DNA of 64,000 nt from Octopus bimaculoides (GCF_001194135.2 NC_068984.1:32075327-32139326); one strand, 5' to 3'; numbered from the stretch's first letter, positions 1 to 14,300 are shown. Numbers and translations are program-made. Notes: a model not told the origin generated them from the sequence alone.

Positions 1-749
1 ATATATATATATATATATATACGTATGTATGTATTTGCATACGTGTTGGGGTTGGGGTGTCGGTGTTTATGTGTCAGTGTGTGGATTCACACATTTATAT
101 GTGTGCGTATAATACCTTTATCTCACACTTCACATCACTATCATTTCAGCTGACAAGATATTAAGCAAAGCATGATTCAAAGTATTATTTTTGTATATGA
201 AGGCTGAACAGTACTGTTACTCAAGTCAAATCATCTTAGTTACCTCTTAAATCATTTAAATCGTGATTATTTGTTTTATGATGTGCATCGATAAATTTTT
301 TTTCAATATACAAAATGTACACAAATGTACATGATTGTACATATAAAGATATATATGCATGACTATATATGTGTTTGCATATACGTATGTATATGGGTCC
401 TGCATGGGTCCCTCCCTCTCTCTCTCTCTATACACACACACACACACACATACATACATATATAGATATATAGAATGTAAATAAGTAATATGGATGTCCA
501 GGTATCAATACATTACGGCCATTTCGAGTGGCTCCTTTTAACCAATCAAGGAAAACGTTACATGCATTTGCTAAATCTTCTCTTCTCAGATGTAGATGAT
601 CATATAGATTTCCAACATGAACCATTTTCAACAAATTTATATCAATACTAGAAACCAATATAATTACAGACAGAAATTCCCATAAGCTTCTGGCCAAAGT
701 ATGACCACATATTGGGGTGTCCATCTTTTGTCTAAGAAAGTTGCAAAAC

Positions 750-930
750 ATCCAGACTTTGCGTCATCTTCAAAACTTCCCCTTCCCTTCCTAAATTCAG
801 CTGCCCAATTTTGTACTGTTGATAAATCTGGCGCATCATTTCTTAATGTAGCAACCATGTCAGCATGAAAATCTTTGGAGGTTAAACCATTTTTCTGAAT
901 GTGCTTGATTACACCCTGATGCCAAATTCT
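750..930 (-). mobile_element. Mariner transposase N-terminal (HTH) fragment, degenerate
   Basis: Minus-strand translation IWHQGVIKHIQKNGLTSKDFHADMVATLRNDAPDLSTVQNWAAEFRKGRGSFEDDAKSG matches the mariner N-terminal pattern (..TVQKWAAEFRRGRESLEDDPRSGRP); no DDE domain follows. Confidence 0.85.
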
Positions 931-974
931 GAATCGAATTCTTCATGCTCCACAAATCCGGTCACTTTCACCGA

Positions 975-1255
975 ATGTCCTGCCTCAAACATTTCTAAAT
1001 GTCATTGATTGTCCTCCTACAATCTTCATGCTCAACCTGATGAATTTTCTCCACATTTCTGGGGGTGACGCACTTAGCAGGTCTTCCAGATTACTCATTG
1101 TCTTCCAGGGATGTTCTTCTGCATTTGAAGAATTACCACTTGAAGCTTTGCGTATGATGGCCTTGTCACCATAAGCTCGTTGACACATGCTCGATATCTC
1201 TGTAGCAGACTTCCCAAAGTTAACGCAAAATTTCATGTTGGCTTTTGTTCCAACT
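975..1255 (-). mobile_element. Second, different mariner transposase N-terminal fragment, frameshifted
   Basis: ORF 985..1293: TKANMKFCVNFGKSATEISSMCQRAYGDKAI resembles mariner starts (QRANMKFCVKLGKSATET..AYGDEA). Confidence 0.8.
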
Positions 1256-1891
1256 TCCTCTGCATGACAAAAATTGCAGACTACAACATACATATGATCC
1301 CAAAATCACAAATTTCACGACCTGCAAGGTAACTACTGCAAATATTACTCAGCACACTGCCTCATGAGGGACATGGCTAGCTCTCTTTTCACATGCAACC
1401 ATATGCTGCCATCTGTCGGTGCACTACAGAACTAGTTGCTCCCACAAAAACCAAAATAAAATTTGGGATTTTATGGACTGTCAAATTTGGCAACGAAAAT
1501 AGGACAGTGGAGACATACAAGGAAGCTGAACGAAAACAAATATGTAGGGTCGTTAGACCAGACAAAGGTAAAATAGTGAACGCTGGAGAAGTATTTTCTT
1601 TGAGCAGAGAAAAGATAGAAGATGGAGGTAAATAGGAAACGTCCAACTTCTAGGACAGCTCTGGAAGAAAAGAAAGATGGACGATGGTCATGTGTGAGCA
1701 ACAAGAGAGAGTAAAGGAGAAAGCAGGGGAGAGAGAGACAGATAGAAAATGGTGAAGGGGAGAAAAAAGGAATTATAGAAAGGATGAAAGAGAAAACGAT
1801 AGGGGGAGAGAACAGTATAGGATAGAGTCGTTACTTGCCACTCTTTGAGTCTTCTAGATACCAATACCGCTCATACACACACACACACACA

Positions 1892-1989
1892 NNNNNNNNN
1901 NNNNNNNNNNNNNNNNNNNNNNNNNNNNNNNNNNNNNNNNNNNNNNNNNNNNNNNNNNNNNNNNNNNNNNNNNNNNNNNNNNNNNNNNN
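1892..1989. other. Assembly gap (98 N) inside a CA/TA microsatellite
   Basis: Run of N; other gaps at 6709-6788, 49779-49881, 54220-54229 and 57765-57774, all next to simple repeats. Confidence 1.
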
Positions 1990-2024
1990 TATATATATAT
2001 ATATATGTATATATATATACATAA

Positions 2025-2165
2025 CAGGCTTTTTTCAGTTCCTGTATGCTAAATCCATTCTAAGGGCATTAGTTGGCCTGGAGCTATAGTAGAAGACAAT
2101 TGTTCAAGATGTTGCATTGTGGGACTAAACCTGGATGCATGTGTCTTACCACACAGCTATGACTA
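2025..2165 (-). mobile_element. tRNA-head/CORE-type SINE (family 2), partial
   Basis: Reverse complement of the family seen at 36530 and 41815 (gtggtaag..gggtt(c/t)agtcccac..ttg(g/a)(g/a)caa(g/t)tgtcttctactatagc). Confidence 0.75.
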
Positions 2166-2704
2166 CATAATTCCAATAAATGAAAGACTAATGACAAAAA
2201 TGTAATTCTCAGGTTGAAGAGGAAATGCATTGCTGATCCTACCCAAACTAACAAAATTCAAATTTCATCATGCCTGCCAAACAAGGATTAAATTGTCCCT
2301 AAAGCATGAAATTTAAATTTTTGTTATTAATTGTTCGTTTATTTAAATTATCTCTCCTCTCCTTCATAGATTATCATTGAATGTTACTAGACTTTTGTTT
2401 TCTTTCTGTAACAAACAGAAAATATTCAATTCATTCATTAAAAATCTTTTATGTGTATCATTCATTATTCCCATACATACATGTCTTATCTTGGTATTTG
2501 TCATTGGCTTATTTGAGTTTTCAGCCTTAGTACTTTTTATTTATCATGTCCTAAATTCTGTTTGCCAAAAATTACTTTTTATCACTTCTTTTATATATAA
2601 AATCAAATATATTGATACTTACTGATCAAACAAATTTGTAGTGAGTATATAATAGTGTTGAGATCTAATATAGCTGAAACATGTCTGTTGAATTTACCAT
2701 TGTC

Positions 2705-3187
2705 ATTAGTCATGGCTGATGCCAGTGTCATGTAACTGGCACTCATGCCAGTGGTATGTAAAATGCACCCTTTGAATGTTGGTCAATATGCTGTGCTTGA
2801 GAAGACCATCAAGCCAAGTTAAATCGTAGTCATTGCTGATGTCCGTGTTGCATATCTGGCACCCATGCCGGTGACATATAAAAGCACCCTTCAAACTTTA
2901 GGCCTCACAGAGGCAGTGAAAGGTGACCGAGACCTTTGGCAATATACCATGCTTGAGAAGACCTGTTGTGCCAAGTGAGATCATAGTTGTGGCTGATGCT
3001 GGTGTTTTGTAACTGGCAAACAAAAAGCACCCACTACACTCTTGGAGTGGTTGGTATTAGGAAGGGCATCCAACTGTAGATACCTTGCTAAAGCAGCTTG
3101 AAACCTGGTGCAACTCCTCAACTTATCAGTTTTCTGTCAAACCATCCACCCAATGGCTGCATGGAAAACATACATTAAATGATGATG
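2705..3187 (+). mobile_element. RTE-tail/Nin-type SINE (family 3) with internally reiterated units
   Basis: aaaagcacccactacactc..ttggtattaggaagggcatccaactgtaga..catggaaaacatacattaaatgatgatg; the gccagtgg..aaaagcacc unit recurs several times upstream. Confidence 0.8.
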
Positions 3188-3719
3188 AAATTACTTCAAC
3201 TTTTCTTTAAGTCACTAAAGAATACCAATATATTTACAGTCTCTTTTTTAAGCTAGGAGGAAAGTTCCAATTCATAAAATTTCTTACTTGCACCATTCAT
3301 TACAAAAGCCATATGTACTTTACAAACATTTTTCTATGCTAGCTTTGCATGGATTGTCATAGTCAGTGTTTTCTCATTAAAACTTAATATTCTCTTGGAT
3401 GGGTCATGCTTCACACAGCATTTTGCATGATTTGGACAGTTTGATTCCATTCCTATTACCAATTAATTACAGAGTGCACTGAACCGTATCATAGCAGTAG
3501 CATTAGAGATGGTGTCATATTCCCAGCAAACCTGAAGAGTTCTTTCTATGTTTCACAGTTACTGTTCATCCATCAACCACTTTCAGGATGCACTGGCACT
3601 TGCCATTATCATGAGATCACTACCGGAAAGGTTGTCTTGTTTCTAAAGTGTCCTCTTCACTAGATGTCTCTATATGTTTATTCACTCAGCACCAAGGGAT
3701 TGTCTCACAACTGGTAAAC

Positions 3720-4338
3720 TAAATAAAAAGTGACGACAGAGGTAGAGAGTGAAGGAATAATAAATGACAGGGCAATGGAGGAGAACAATGGGAGATAAAA
3801 AGGAAGAGCAAAAGATAGAAGAGCAGGCAGGCAGACAGACAGACAGAATGATTGACAATTGAATGATGATTGTTGGTAAGAAGATTCAGTGAAAACTTCA
3901 TGAGTGGCCTCATGGAGGAAGAGAGATTAAGAGGAAATGGAAGAGTAATAAGAGTAAGAGGTCGACAGATATTAACAATAGAGGGAGTTCAGTGTTTTCG
4001 TGAGGAGAGGGAGGGAAAGGGGAGGGAGGAGAGAGAGAGAAAGCAATGAATAATAATAAAAAGGGTGATTGTGAGAGAATGGAAACTATGGATGTAAATA
4101 ATGAGTGATATGGGAAAGTACAATGAGAGAGTAACAGAGAGAGAGAGTGTGTGTGTGAGAGTGTGAGTTGGTGTGTGCATGTGAGAGAGAGAGAGAGGGA
4201 GGGAAAGAAAGAAAGATAGAAAGAAACAAAGAAACAAACAAACAACCAAACAAACAAAGAGCGATGGATAGTAATAAAGTTAAAGGTTGTGAGAGATTGG
4301 AAACAATGGATGTAAATAATGAGTGATATGGAAAGGAA

Positions 4339-4369
<31 letters not shown>

Positions 4370-4400
4370 GTGTATGCACGGGTGTGTGTGTGTGTGTGTG
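3720..4400. repeat. Purine-rich GA/GT low-complexity tract with a diverged ~90-bp direct duplication (4055-4140 / 4270-4350)
   Basis: ttgtgagag..tggaaac(t/a)atggatgtaaataatgagtgatatgg occurs twice. Confidence 0.85.
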
Positions 4401-4925
4401 TGATTGTTAGCTATAAAAGAAAGGGTGGTGGTGGAGGAAAATAAATATGAACTGATCCAATGCAAACCATCATTGGTGGGACGAGAGAGAGGTAGAATGA
4501 TATTAAGAAGCAAGTTGATGGAAGAGGAGTGAGTGATAATTGAAAAAGAAATGAAGAGAAGGGAGAATGGTATACAAAGACTTAATATGTAAATAATGGT
4601 TAAGAGTGATCTATATGCACACATTGTACATCCCAATCTCAACCGCCACAATCATTATTATTTTTGCATTCATTTTTCCATGCTTCCATGAAATGAGTGG
4701 CTCCTTTCCAGCACAGCAGTTTGCACCAAGTTGCAATCCTTTGTCATCTCTTTTGTTAATTTCTGCCTCTTGAGATCAGTCGTCCATTTATAATTTATTA
4801 CAAACTATGCTATTGACTACTTTGAATTATTCCCTTTTGCTTAATTTTGTTTATTCTTCTTCATATTACTTTCCACCAAAAATTATTCATAACCCTTTCC
4901 TTCATATAAAAGTGCTTCTTTTTAA

Positions 4926-5035
4926 CTACAGGAGAGTTTGAGCTGTTTGTGTATTGCTAGCAAAATCTGATAAGACCAAAATATATCCATCAGTGTCACC
5001 AGCCCTACTAATAAGGATCAGATATCCTCTTATAT
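4926..5035 (-). CDS. Candidate terminal coding exon of an unidentified minus-strand gene: (D)IRGYLILISRAGDTDGYILVLSDFASNTQTAQTLL*
   Basis: Acceptor ttcttcttgcatatacag; a single open frame with non-repetitive, protein-like composition ending in TAG at 4926-4928. Confidence 0.45.
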
Positions 5036-5229
5036 CTGTATATGCAAGAAGAATTAGTCTTTCATACTTTAATTATTAAAGTTATCACTTTATCTCCTTG
5101 CTAATTGCTAACAAATACTACAACAGTTTTCTTTTCTAACTGCAACTAAGTGGAACAGTTCAATTATCATTTTGTTTTTGTTTTTTCGTTTCTTTTTATT
5201 ATTATACTTGTTTCAGTTATTGGTCTGCA

Positions 5230-5415
5230 GTGATGTTGGGCACTGCCTTGAAAGACTTTAGTTGAATTGGTGTTTGGCGTCAGGAAGGGTATCCAGCTGT
5301 AAAAAACAGGCCAAAAACAGACAGACAGAAATCTGGTGCAGGCTCCAGCCTATCCAGCTTCTGTCAAACTGTCTAACCTATGCCATCATGGAAAGTGGAT
5401 GTAAAACGATGATGA
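5230..5415 (+). mobile_element. Family 3 SINE (Nin/RTE tail), partial
   Basis: tttggcgtcaggaagggtatccagctgtaaaaa..ctatgccatcatggaaagtggatgtaaaacgatgatg. Confidence 0.75.
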
Positions 5416-5491
5416 ATCAATCCCAGTACTTGATATTTTCAAAAGCCCAGCAATTATTCCATTGGAGAAGTAATGAAAAATGGAGGGTAAT

Positions 5492-5543
<52 letters not shown>

Positions 5544-6819
5544 TGCTTGTTGGTAAGAGAGGATTCAAGTGATGGGTAGTTGTAAAAATTCTCCATGGCA
5601 AGGATGTGGCACACTGCAATGAATAGGAGAGTGGGCAATAGAGAACAAAAGGTACAGACACAGGCACAGCTGACCCCTTTGGTCATGGCTGAAAGGGGTT
5701 TTTTTTCCATCACTGAACAGACCAGGACTGTATATTCACCTCCTTTCTCACTTCGTGTACCACTTCCTCTTTCATATCTTTAATAACACTGCTCATGCAA
5801 AATGGCTTGAAATTGTGCAACCCTAGACCGTCTCTTGCTTCTTGCGTCATGCCGACTATATCGACATGCCTTAGCTTTCCGATCGCCCTGTTTACTGCCT
5901 CTTCAGCTTTCTATTTCCTCCCTGTTCATACTTTTGGAGGGTTTTCTTGGATGTTCTAATCTTACGAATACCTTAGCATCATTACTGTCCTTGCCTGTCC
6001 TGCCTTATAGTCTTCGACGATTGATGTTATTGGTAGTTGCAGCATGGGTTTTCCATATCATGCAATTGTATTCAGTAGTCTTGGAAGTATACTTCGAAAT
6101 ATGTAACCTTTAAATGATTTGATTGTAGCAATGTATTGTTCGATTTTATATCTTGGAAAAATGTAGTGTTATATTTTGAAATAATTTGATTGTGATAATC
6201 TATTTATGAATCTGTGTTATTTTATTTTGAAATGGTTCACTTGTAATTATCTACTTTGGAATTAATTAACTGCATTATTAAAGGAATTTTACATTTTCTT
6301 CTTTATATTATTGCTTTGCTTTGCTTTGCTTTGCTATGTATGTATGTATGTATGTGTGTGTGTACAGATGGAGATATGATTTTCCAGCATGGCATCTGTG
6401 GCTACAGTCTCGTTGTGCAGGGCAGCATGGGTGTGTGTTTACCAGCAACACACCAACTCCTATACATATATATATATATATATATATATGTTTATATGTA
6501 TATTTAAATACAAACATCATATATACAAACATATATATGTAAGATTAAATTAGTGAATTGACCAAAGCATTGTGAGCACACAAAAACTTACTGTGTGTGC
6601 ACATCAATGCTTTTCATATGTTACTGATGCACTTCTCTGCTTGCCAGCATCATACTTCTGGATAAGAAACTTTGTCAAGACAATTACCACAGTTTTGTGG
6701 CCTTATATNNNNNNNNNNNNNNNNNNNNNNNNNNNNNNNNNNNNNNNNNNNNNNNNNNNNNNNNNNNNNNNNNNNNNNNNNNNNNNNNTATATATATATA
6801 TATTAGAAATTGATATTGA

Positions 6820-7125
6820 TCTTGGCCGCGAGATCGTTGCCAGTGCCCCTGGACTGGCTCTTATGCGGGTGGCACATAAAATACACCATTTTGAGTATGG
6901 CTGTTGCCAGTACCACCTGACTGGCCTTCGTGCCGGTGGCACATGAAAAGCACCCACTACACTCTGAGTGGTTGGCATTAGAAAGGGCATCCAGCTGTAG
7001 AAACTCTGCCAAATCAGATTGGAGTCTGGTGTAGCCATCTGGTTTCACCAGTCCTTAGTCAAATTGTCCAACCCATGCTAGCATGGAAAGCAGACGTTAA
7101 CCGACGACGACAATGATGATGATGA
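6820..7125 (+). mobile_element. Family 3 SINE (Nin/RTE tail)
   Basis: gtgccggtggcacatgaaaagcacccactacactctgagtggttggcattagaaagggcatccagctgtagaaac..catgctagcatggaaagcagacgttaac + (gat)n tail. Confidence 0.85.
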
Positions 7126-7182
7126 TATATATATATATATACATACACAAATACACACACACACACACACATACACACACAT

Positions 7183-7221
<39 letters not shown>

Positions 7222-7338
7222 CCACATTAAGTAAGATATACAGAATTGTGTGTGTGTATGTATGTTCGTGTGCGTGTGATTATACATCTGCAGAACTAGA
7301 GTTTGCATGTGACCAAACATCAATACTTTGCATCTTTG

Positions 7339-7374
7339 TTATGAATCTTGTTCTTCCACATTTCCAGCATAATT
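7339..7374 (-). CDS. Candidate short terminal exon NYAGNVEEQDS* (phase-compatible with exon 8694-8771)
   Basis: Acceptor tttttgttttgtttttag; phase 0 gives a 12-codon ending. Confidence 0.3.
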   Translation of the reverse strand, partial: NYAGNVEEQDS

Positions 7375-8204
7375 CTAAAAACAAAACAAAAATTCTTAGT
7401 TTGTGAGCTTATGTTAGATTTACTCTTTAATTAATGGATTGCCTTTTTAATTATTTAAATTTCTAACAGACATAATCCTGCTCTCTTTTACTTTGCTTTC
7501 TTCCTTTTTAAACTTCCTGACAGTTGTTGACATCCATTTTGACACCTTCACATTTACTCAGTAACTTATCTGTTATGATATCATATTGCTTCTTCTTTAT
7601 ATTCATTGTTTGTAAATAGTGAAATGCTCAACAAAATTAAGTCAAACATTAGTAGAAATATACGTCTCTGTTTTCTCACTTTTGTGGGGTGATAATGGTG
7701 AAATGGTGGTAGGTATAATCTTTTATTTCTTTTTATTTTCTGTTTTTGAAATTGAATATTTTATTACAGAATGATTAAATGGCTAAGTTCTGAAAAGCAA
7801 TTCAATAATTAATCTTACATACGTATATTTATATATATAATGTCTGTATTTACATACACATATAGACATATACGTATGGGAATTGGTGTGTTGCAGTGGG
7901 TCTGTGTGTATATATGCTTTACTCAATATAAAAAAAAATGTGCATCAGTATTGTTCATTGGAGTGAGTACAGCATTTGCTAATTGAGGTGCTCTGTTAAT
8001 GTGATGGATATTTCCACATATTTGAGATTTGATGTGTGTCAATAATTTAATCAATTCTTTGCATGATTTCATCCCAATTTACAAATTAGAAAATTTCTTC
8101 AAAATTCTTACAAATATGACATCTCATATATTGGAAACAGAATAATATCTTAAATATTACAGCAATACTGAGAAGTTTTATAAGTGTGTGTGCAAACATA
8201 CACA

Positions 8205-8257
<53 letters not shown>

Positions 8258-8693
8258 ACATACACACACACACACACACAGCGGTACATAGAGAGAGAGA
8301 GGGGGAGGGTTAGAAGGGGAGACAGATGTATAGATATATGATATTGAATGTCATAGTGAAATTCTGTAAAAAGAGCTTGATAATAATTATCATTATTTTG
8401 AAAACATTGATAAGAACAAGTTGCTATGATATATTAATAGCTTAGTTATAAGTAGCTGACAGAAATTCCACAATATAATCACTGTTAACACACATACACA
8501 CATGATTACCACACATATATACACGTCTTAAGGTTCACACTCTTAATTTTTCTTAATATTCTAATTCCAGTAATATTATTGTCTGAAGAATATAAAAAAA
8601 AATCAAAATTCTCCATTTTGTTTCTCACTGTTCCAACTAGTATTGCTCCTACTGACTATTAACAACAACTCTGTTTGGTTAACCCTAAATTAC

Positions 8694-8771
8694 CCTATCC
8701 CAGTTCTTAGTGGCAGCAATTAAGCCTGCTTGCTTCATAGATTCTGACCTCTTGTTGACAGAAACTTCACA
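8694..8771 (-). CDS. Candidate internal coding exon CEVSVNKRSESMKQAGLIAATKNWDR (78 nt, phase 0/0)
   Basis: Acceptor gtgttttag, donor AGG|gtaatt; only one of the three frames is open across the whole exon. Confidence 0.55.
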
Positions 8772-10823
8772 CTAAAACACATACATTGAAAAATCAACAA
8801 AACAAATTCTCCAGCAATAAATGAACATTTGGGAGACATTTTAATTTGTCTCTTGTTTTAGATTTGTTTTCTTTCATTTTCTTCCCTTTCCAATCTTGTT
8901 TATTTATTATGTGTATGATGCTCTTTAAAAAATCAGAATTTTTTTTTTTTTTTTTCATTTCAATGAACCAAAACATAATCTAACAAAACTCAAACATAGT
9001 GACGGATGGAAAGTTACCATTTATAAATAGTCACAAAGAAACATTTGCTAATTGCCATCTGAAATTCTATACACATTCAGCAAGAAATTAGATTTATCAG
9101 TTAGGGAATGGCAAATGATATTTATTCATTGATTTTGTGAGAATTTTTCACTTGAATAAGAAATTTCAAAAGCAGTTATAATTGTCAGTATGGCCATTAC
9201 TCCGAGTTATGGCATAGAATGGGACTATTTCGAAATTCTGATTCCTATTTTGTTTCAGAGAGGTACTGTTTTTCTTTGATTGTTAGAAAAGGATGAATCT
9301 CTGAAAGATATCAGGATAGAGGCTTGACTATTGTGTGTGATTATTTGTGCATAAAATTGGATGGGCACAAAGAAGATATATGCTTCTTTTGAGGGAATTT
9401 TGAACTTGGTTGCTGAATTGATATTCATAGATGCATTTTATTTTGACTGGTCAATCCTAAAGTGATAATGAAACAAGAAATGTGCAATAAACTTTGGTAT
9501 TTCTCAAAGGAATTCAGTGGAAAGTCAATCTGTACCCATCACTGACTATATTCCAGTCTTCTAAAAGCCGTCCAAAATATTAGAGATGTTTCTTTTGAAA
9601 GCATTCTACAAATGGTATAAATAACTAATTGAAACAAACTACACTGAAAAGAAGGATGGGAGAAAAGCAATTTGGGGAAAATTTATTATTATTATTATTA
9701 TCATTATTATTTTGCATCATTATAATTTTAGTTGTTACTGTTGTTCATTGAAAATATTGAAGAAAACAAATAAAAAATAGATTTTCTCTTCAGCTTTTCC
9801 TAGAATATAAAGCATGATTCATTGAGAACATAAGAACATACACTGCATCACCATAGATACTTAGATAAATGAATGTAAATCACACTGAAATATTAAGAGG
9901 CAAATATTGATGAATGAATATATATATATATATATATATATATAGATATGTGAATTTACACATATGTAACCACACAGATTTATATATGGTCTATACACAC
10001 ATGCAAACACAGACATTATCTGTTACATATACACAAAGTCATATATTATAAATCCAAATACTTAGATATATTAAATGCACCAATAGAGAATATATTATTC
10101 ATTACCCATAAATACCAATCTCTTATTTCCATTTTTAGGTATGGACACTGTGTGTGTATATAAACTTTCTGAATATATTTATTTAATATATATGTACACT
10201 ATTTTATACATAGAATTAGATGAGTACACATTTCAAAATTCTTTTCAAAAGCAAAATATAAGAAATATTTCACCTTTCAAGAAGTGTATATGCCTACATG
10301 CACACAACACATGTCTGTGATGTAATTCAGATTAAAAAATAATCATGGCAGAGCTTTTAAAATACTTTTGCATTTTTTTTCAATTTTTGAATATCTATTT
10401 GTATCAATGTGTTCACTTATATTTCATATGCAAAATCTGACAGTATTTCACATTTCAAATGGATGTTTCTGATATAATTTTAATTAAAACCTAATCATGG
10501 TAGAGTTTTCAGAAAGTTTATCCAATTTCTATCAAAATAATTAAAAAGTATAGCAAAATATTACACTTACCCATTTCCATAATGTGAACTTTCATAACAG
10601 TTATTGATGAATAAATTAAATGGTAAAAATGTACTGTTCCACTAACAAGGGTTAAAAATTAAGATCATATCTATGTTTTCAGTACTCAAAAATATTCTAT
10701 TAGTATTGTGATAGAATAGGTAACAACTCCAGTAAACTCTGTGGCACATTTGAAAACAAGATTTTTGAAATCGATGTTCTCTTCCTGCTTTACAAAAGTT
10801 GCTATCAATATTATTGAGTGTTT

Positions 10824-11028
10824 TAAGGCAGTGAGTTGGCAGAATTGTTAGCATGCTTAGTGATATTTCGTTCGTCTTTATGTTCTGAGTGTAAATTCTG
10901 TCAAGTTGACTTTGCTTTTCATCCTTTTGGGGGTTAGTAAGATAACCACCAGTTGGGCACTGGGGTCAATGCAATCAACTCACACCCTCCCTTGAAATTG
11001 CTGGCCTTGTGCCAAATTTTGAAACCAA
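10824..11028 (+). mobile_element. tRNA-head SINE (family 1, Meta-like central domain)
   Basis: aaggcagtgagttggcagaattgttagcatg..gactttgcttttcatccttttgggg. Confidence 0.8.
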
Positions 11029-11082
11029 TATTAATGACTGTTTTCTCATTCCAGGCTTGAAATAAATTTGCCTTACAACACA

Positions 11083-11325
11083 AAGTATATTTATTTCTTT
11101 ATTGCCCACAGGGGGCTAAACATAGAGGGGACAAACAAGGACAGACAAAGGGTTTCAGTCGATTACATCGACCCCAGTGCATAACTGGTACTTATTTAAT
11201 CGACCCCGAAAGGATGAAAGGCAAAGTCAAACTCGGCAGAGCTTGAACTCAGAACATAACAGCAGACGAAATACCGCTAAGCATTTCGCCCGGCATACTA
11301 ACGATTCTGCCAGCTCGCCGCCCTT
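11083..11325 (-). mobile_element. Family 1 SINE, well-preserved copy
   Basis: Reverse complement of aagggcggcgagctggcagaatcgttag..gactttgcctttcatcctttcggggtcgattaaataagtaccag; CpGs retained. Confidence 0.9.
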
Positions 11326-14300
11326 ATAATACAAAGTGTATTAGCATGCATTAAGCTGTACAACTACCAAAATGATACTGTAGCACTATATGAATAATAA
11401 CTTTAATTCACATGCTTTAATTTTTCTATATAACTTTTCGTTTTTACCCCTTCATCATCTTCATAAAAGATAGACATCCTTAATTGTCAGGCTCTTATAA
11501 ACACAAAATCATTCACATAATTGTTGGATACTCTTCCAAATTGCTTTATACAAATATCATATCTGGATAACAAGTTATTTCAACACAAGCAAATTTAAAT
11601 TTGGAACATATGTCATAAGTCATTTACTCCAACACATCTATTTTCTCCGATTGGGCATCATAATGATAATCAAACACATTATGTACTCCTACATCTATCA
11701 GTTGTTAGAAGTCTAAGACTAACTACTTACAACATCTACAGATGTGCAAGGAAAACCTCTTGCAAGAAGTATAATATAGGAAGAAAAAAAAAGAATGTGA
11801 CATATCAAACTGTATATTTAAAATTTTACAAACTTCTGAGTAGCACTTCTTCATTTGTATATATTTCACCATTACTTTAATAAAAAAACAAAGAATGGAA
11901 TGAATGTCACTACTCCCATGTCCTCATTCTTGTAGTTAGTCGAGTAAGTTAATCATTGATGGATAATATGAAAATATCCAAGAAGGAAAAAAGTCAAGCA
12001 GAAAATGTGACATTTGATGTTTGACATTTATCACACTTGTGAGATAAATTGATCATAATAAACAGTGAACAATAAAATTATGCTTAAAACTCTGTGATGA
12101 AAACAAAGATATAATCAGATCTTTAGGGAAATGCTTTGACTTAAATTGCTACTGTTTTCTTGTGTACTGGATTCTTATTTGTGTTGTTTTCTTCTTTTAA
12201 GTGTGTAAACTGTAAACAAAAAGCAAACATTATTGTTTTAATGGTTCTATTGGAGACATCAAGTGAGATTAGTATGATATTATGAGTTGGCACAAGAAAC
12301 AGTAGAGTTTGAGTAGTATATTTCTAATGGTGTGAGTGTTTGTAAATTGAAACAATAATGTTTAGATGAAGAAAAGATATGATTTTGAAACTCAAATGGA
12401 GGTGGGTGGTATTGAATAAATCCTTTTAGGAAATGAATAACCAATATAATCATAGCTTTATAAAGCAGAGTATGGGCAAACTGACAGGGAACAAGAAGTT
12501 TAGACTGTTTCCATTTTGCAACACCCAGTTAAATAAAATACATGTGAGTCAAGTATTTGTGTCAATTCTACTCTTCCTCCTTTTCTTACCTTATACTAAA
12601 ATCTTTTGATCATTGCAAGGTAATTATCTTTTAATTGAGAATGCCAGCTGGTCATAACTCAACTAAAAGAAAACTAGATGTGAGCAACCTCTTCTCATAA
12701 AGAAACCAACTAGCTTTTTGTGGAAACCATCTAAAGAAATAAAAGAAAATGTTTGCAGCCCAAAAGCACTCATGGCAGACAGGGACAGACTCAAATGCAA
12801 TGAAAATTAAAAGCTGTGGACTTGTAATTCCTTTACAAAATATTTTCCAATAAATCATAAATTCTACAATATGTTCAGTTAAAAAGTATTCTCTTTTACA
12901 ACAACTAGATACAATGGAAGAAGATAATGCACTTACTCACAAGAAACAACACGTTAATGCAGATTCCATAACAATTATATTTCCCCACTTAGTAGCAAAT
13001 ATCTTTAAAGATGTAGTATACTGCATGAATACATTGATTACAGACAACTGAGATGCTAAATTTTGAATGAGTAGGACCAGAAGCACATGCGTTATCAGCA
13101 CATCTTTTTTTTTTTTCAGGCAAAGAATACAATTTTATTCTCCAGATCAACTGCTGTTTGAAAGAGTGTGATATTGATAATTTCACTTCAAGTGGTCAAT
13201 CATTAAAAAATTACCTCAACATATTAGCAGTTAAAGGATTCCCAGAATACCTAAGAATTATATGATAATAAAACAGACATCCAAATAATTAAATTCAAGG
13301 TAAGAATTGCTTTCTTCATGCCCACATCAAAAGAAATTACCTCTAGAAAATATTTACACTACCAACTGGATAACACAACACCCTGTTATTATCACCTGCC
13401 ATTTTGTTTCATATATTGTTATAATGCAGGCATCTACTGTACAAGGTATTACATGACATTTTAGTTTGCATGTCAACTTTTTTCTCATATATGGTAAGAA
13501 AAATATAGATTGTTCCATATATCAAACACAAACCATAGGATGATTGAAGTAATCTGTAATTCAAAGGAATCATTAATGCAACCATAAACTTAATTCACAT
13601 TTCAGAAGTTATCAATTAATAAAGTCACTTTATTCACTATTGATAAGTGCTGAGAAGGTGAATACATAGAGATGTTAGCATTTCACATAATTCTAGTGCC
13701 AGTAATTAATATAACAAGGTAAGACAATTATAAAATATCAACAACTACACCTAGACAAGAAATACAGAAGAAATGACTAGATGCTAGTTATATATATGAG
13801 TTAATCAAAACATAGTAACTAACACACAAAATTTAGCCAAAAAGTGGTCATTTTTCTCTCTTTAGAACATGGTAATCATTCAAATAAATAGGCATTCAAC
13901 AATTTTTCTGCTACCTCTTTAACTCATATGTACCCCATCTTTATTTTTGTGAATTAACACCGAATACGCTTCTCACTTCTCTTGGTTTTCTGCATTTCTA
14001 CTTCTTTCAATATTAATATCATAGCTCTTATGCCTGTGCCATCCAATTTCTTTTTTACATTAAGAGAAACTCTGAATTTAAGTGCTCTGAATATCTTCTA
14101 TCCTTTAATTTCTCTCCTTCTTTTATTGGTTCCAGCCAATAAACTAAGGCCATGATAGAGTACTACAGTGAAATATTAGTTATAGTATTTTCTTTCCTTA
14201 CAATAACCTGAAGCAGTAATTGCACAATTTAGTTAAATCTCCAATGTTTCTCATGTGACTATTTTAGCAGTTGATTAGTTTCATTTCAGGAGTGCTGGTA

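Noticed and set aside
3290-3700. LINE reverse-transcriptase remnant
   Set aside because: Too degenerate; no diagnostic motif could be read
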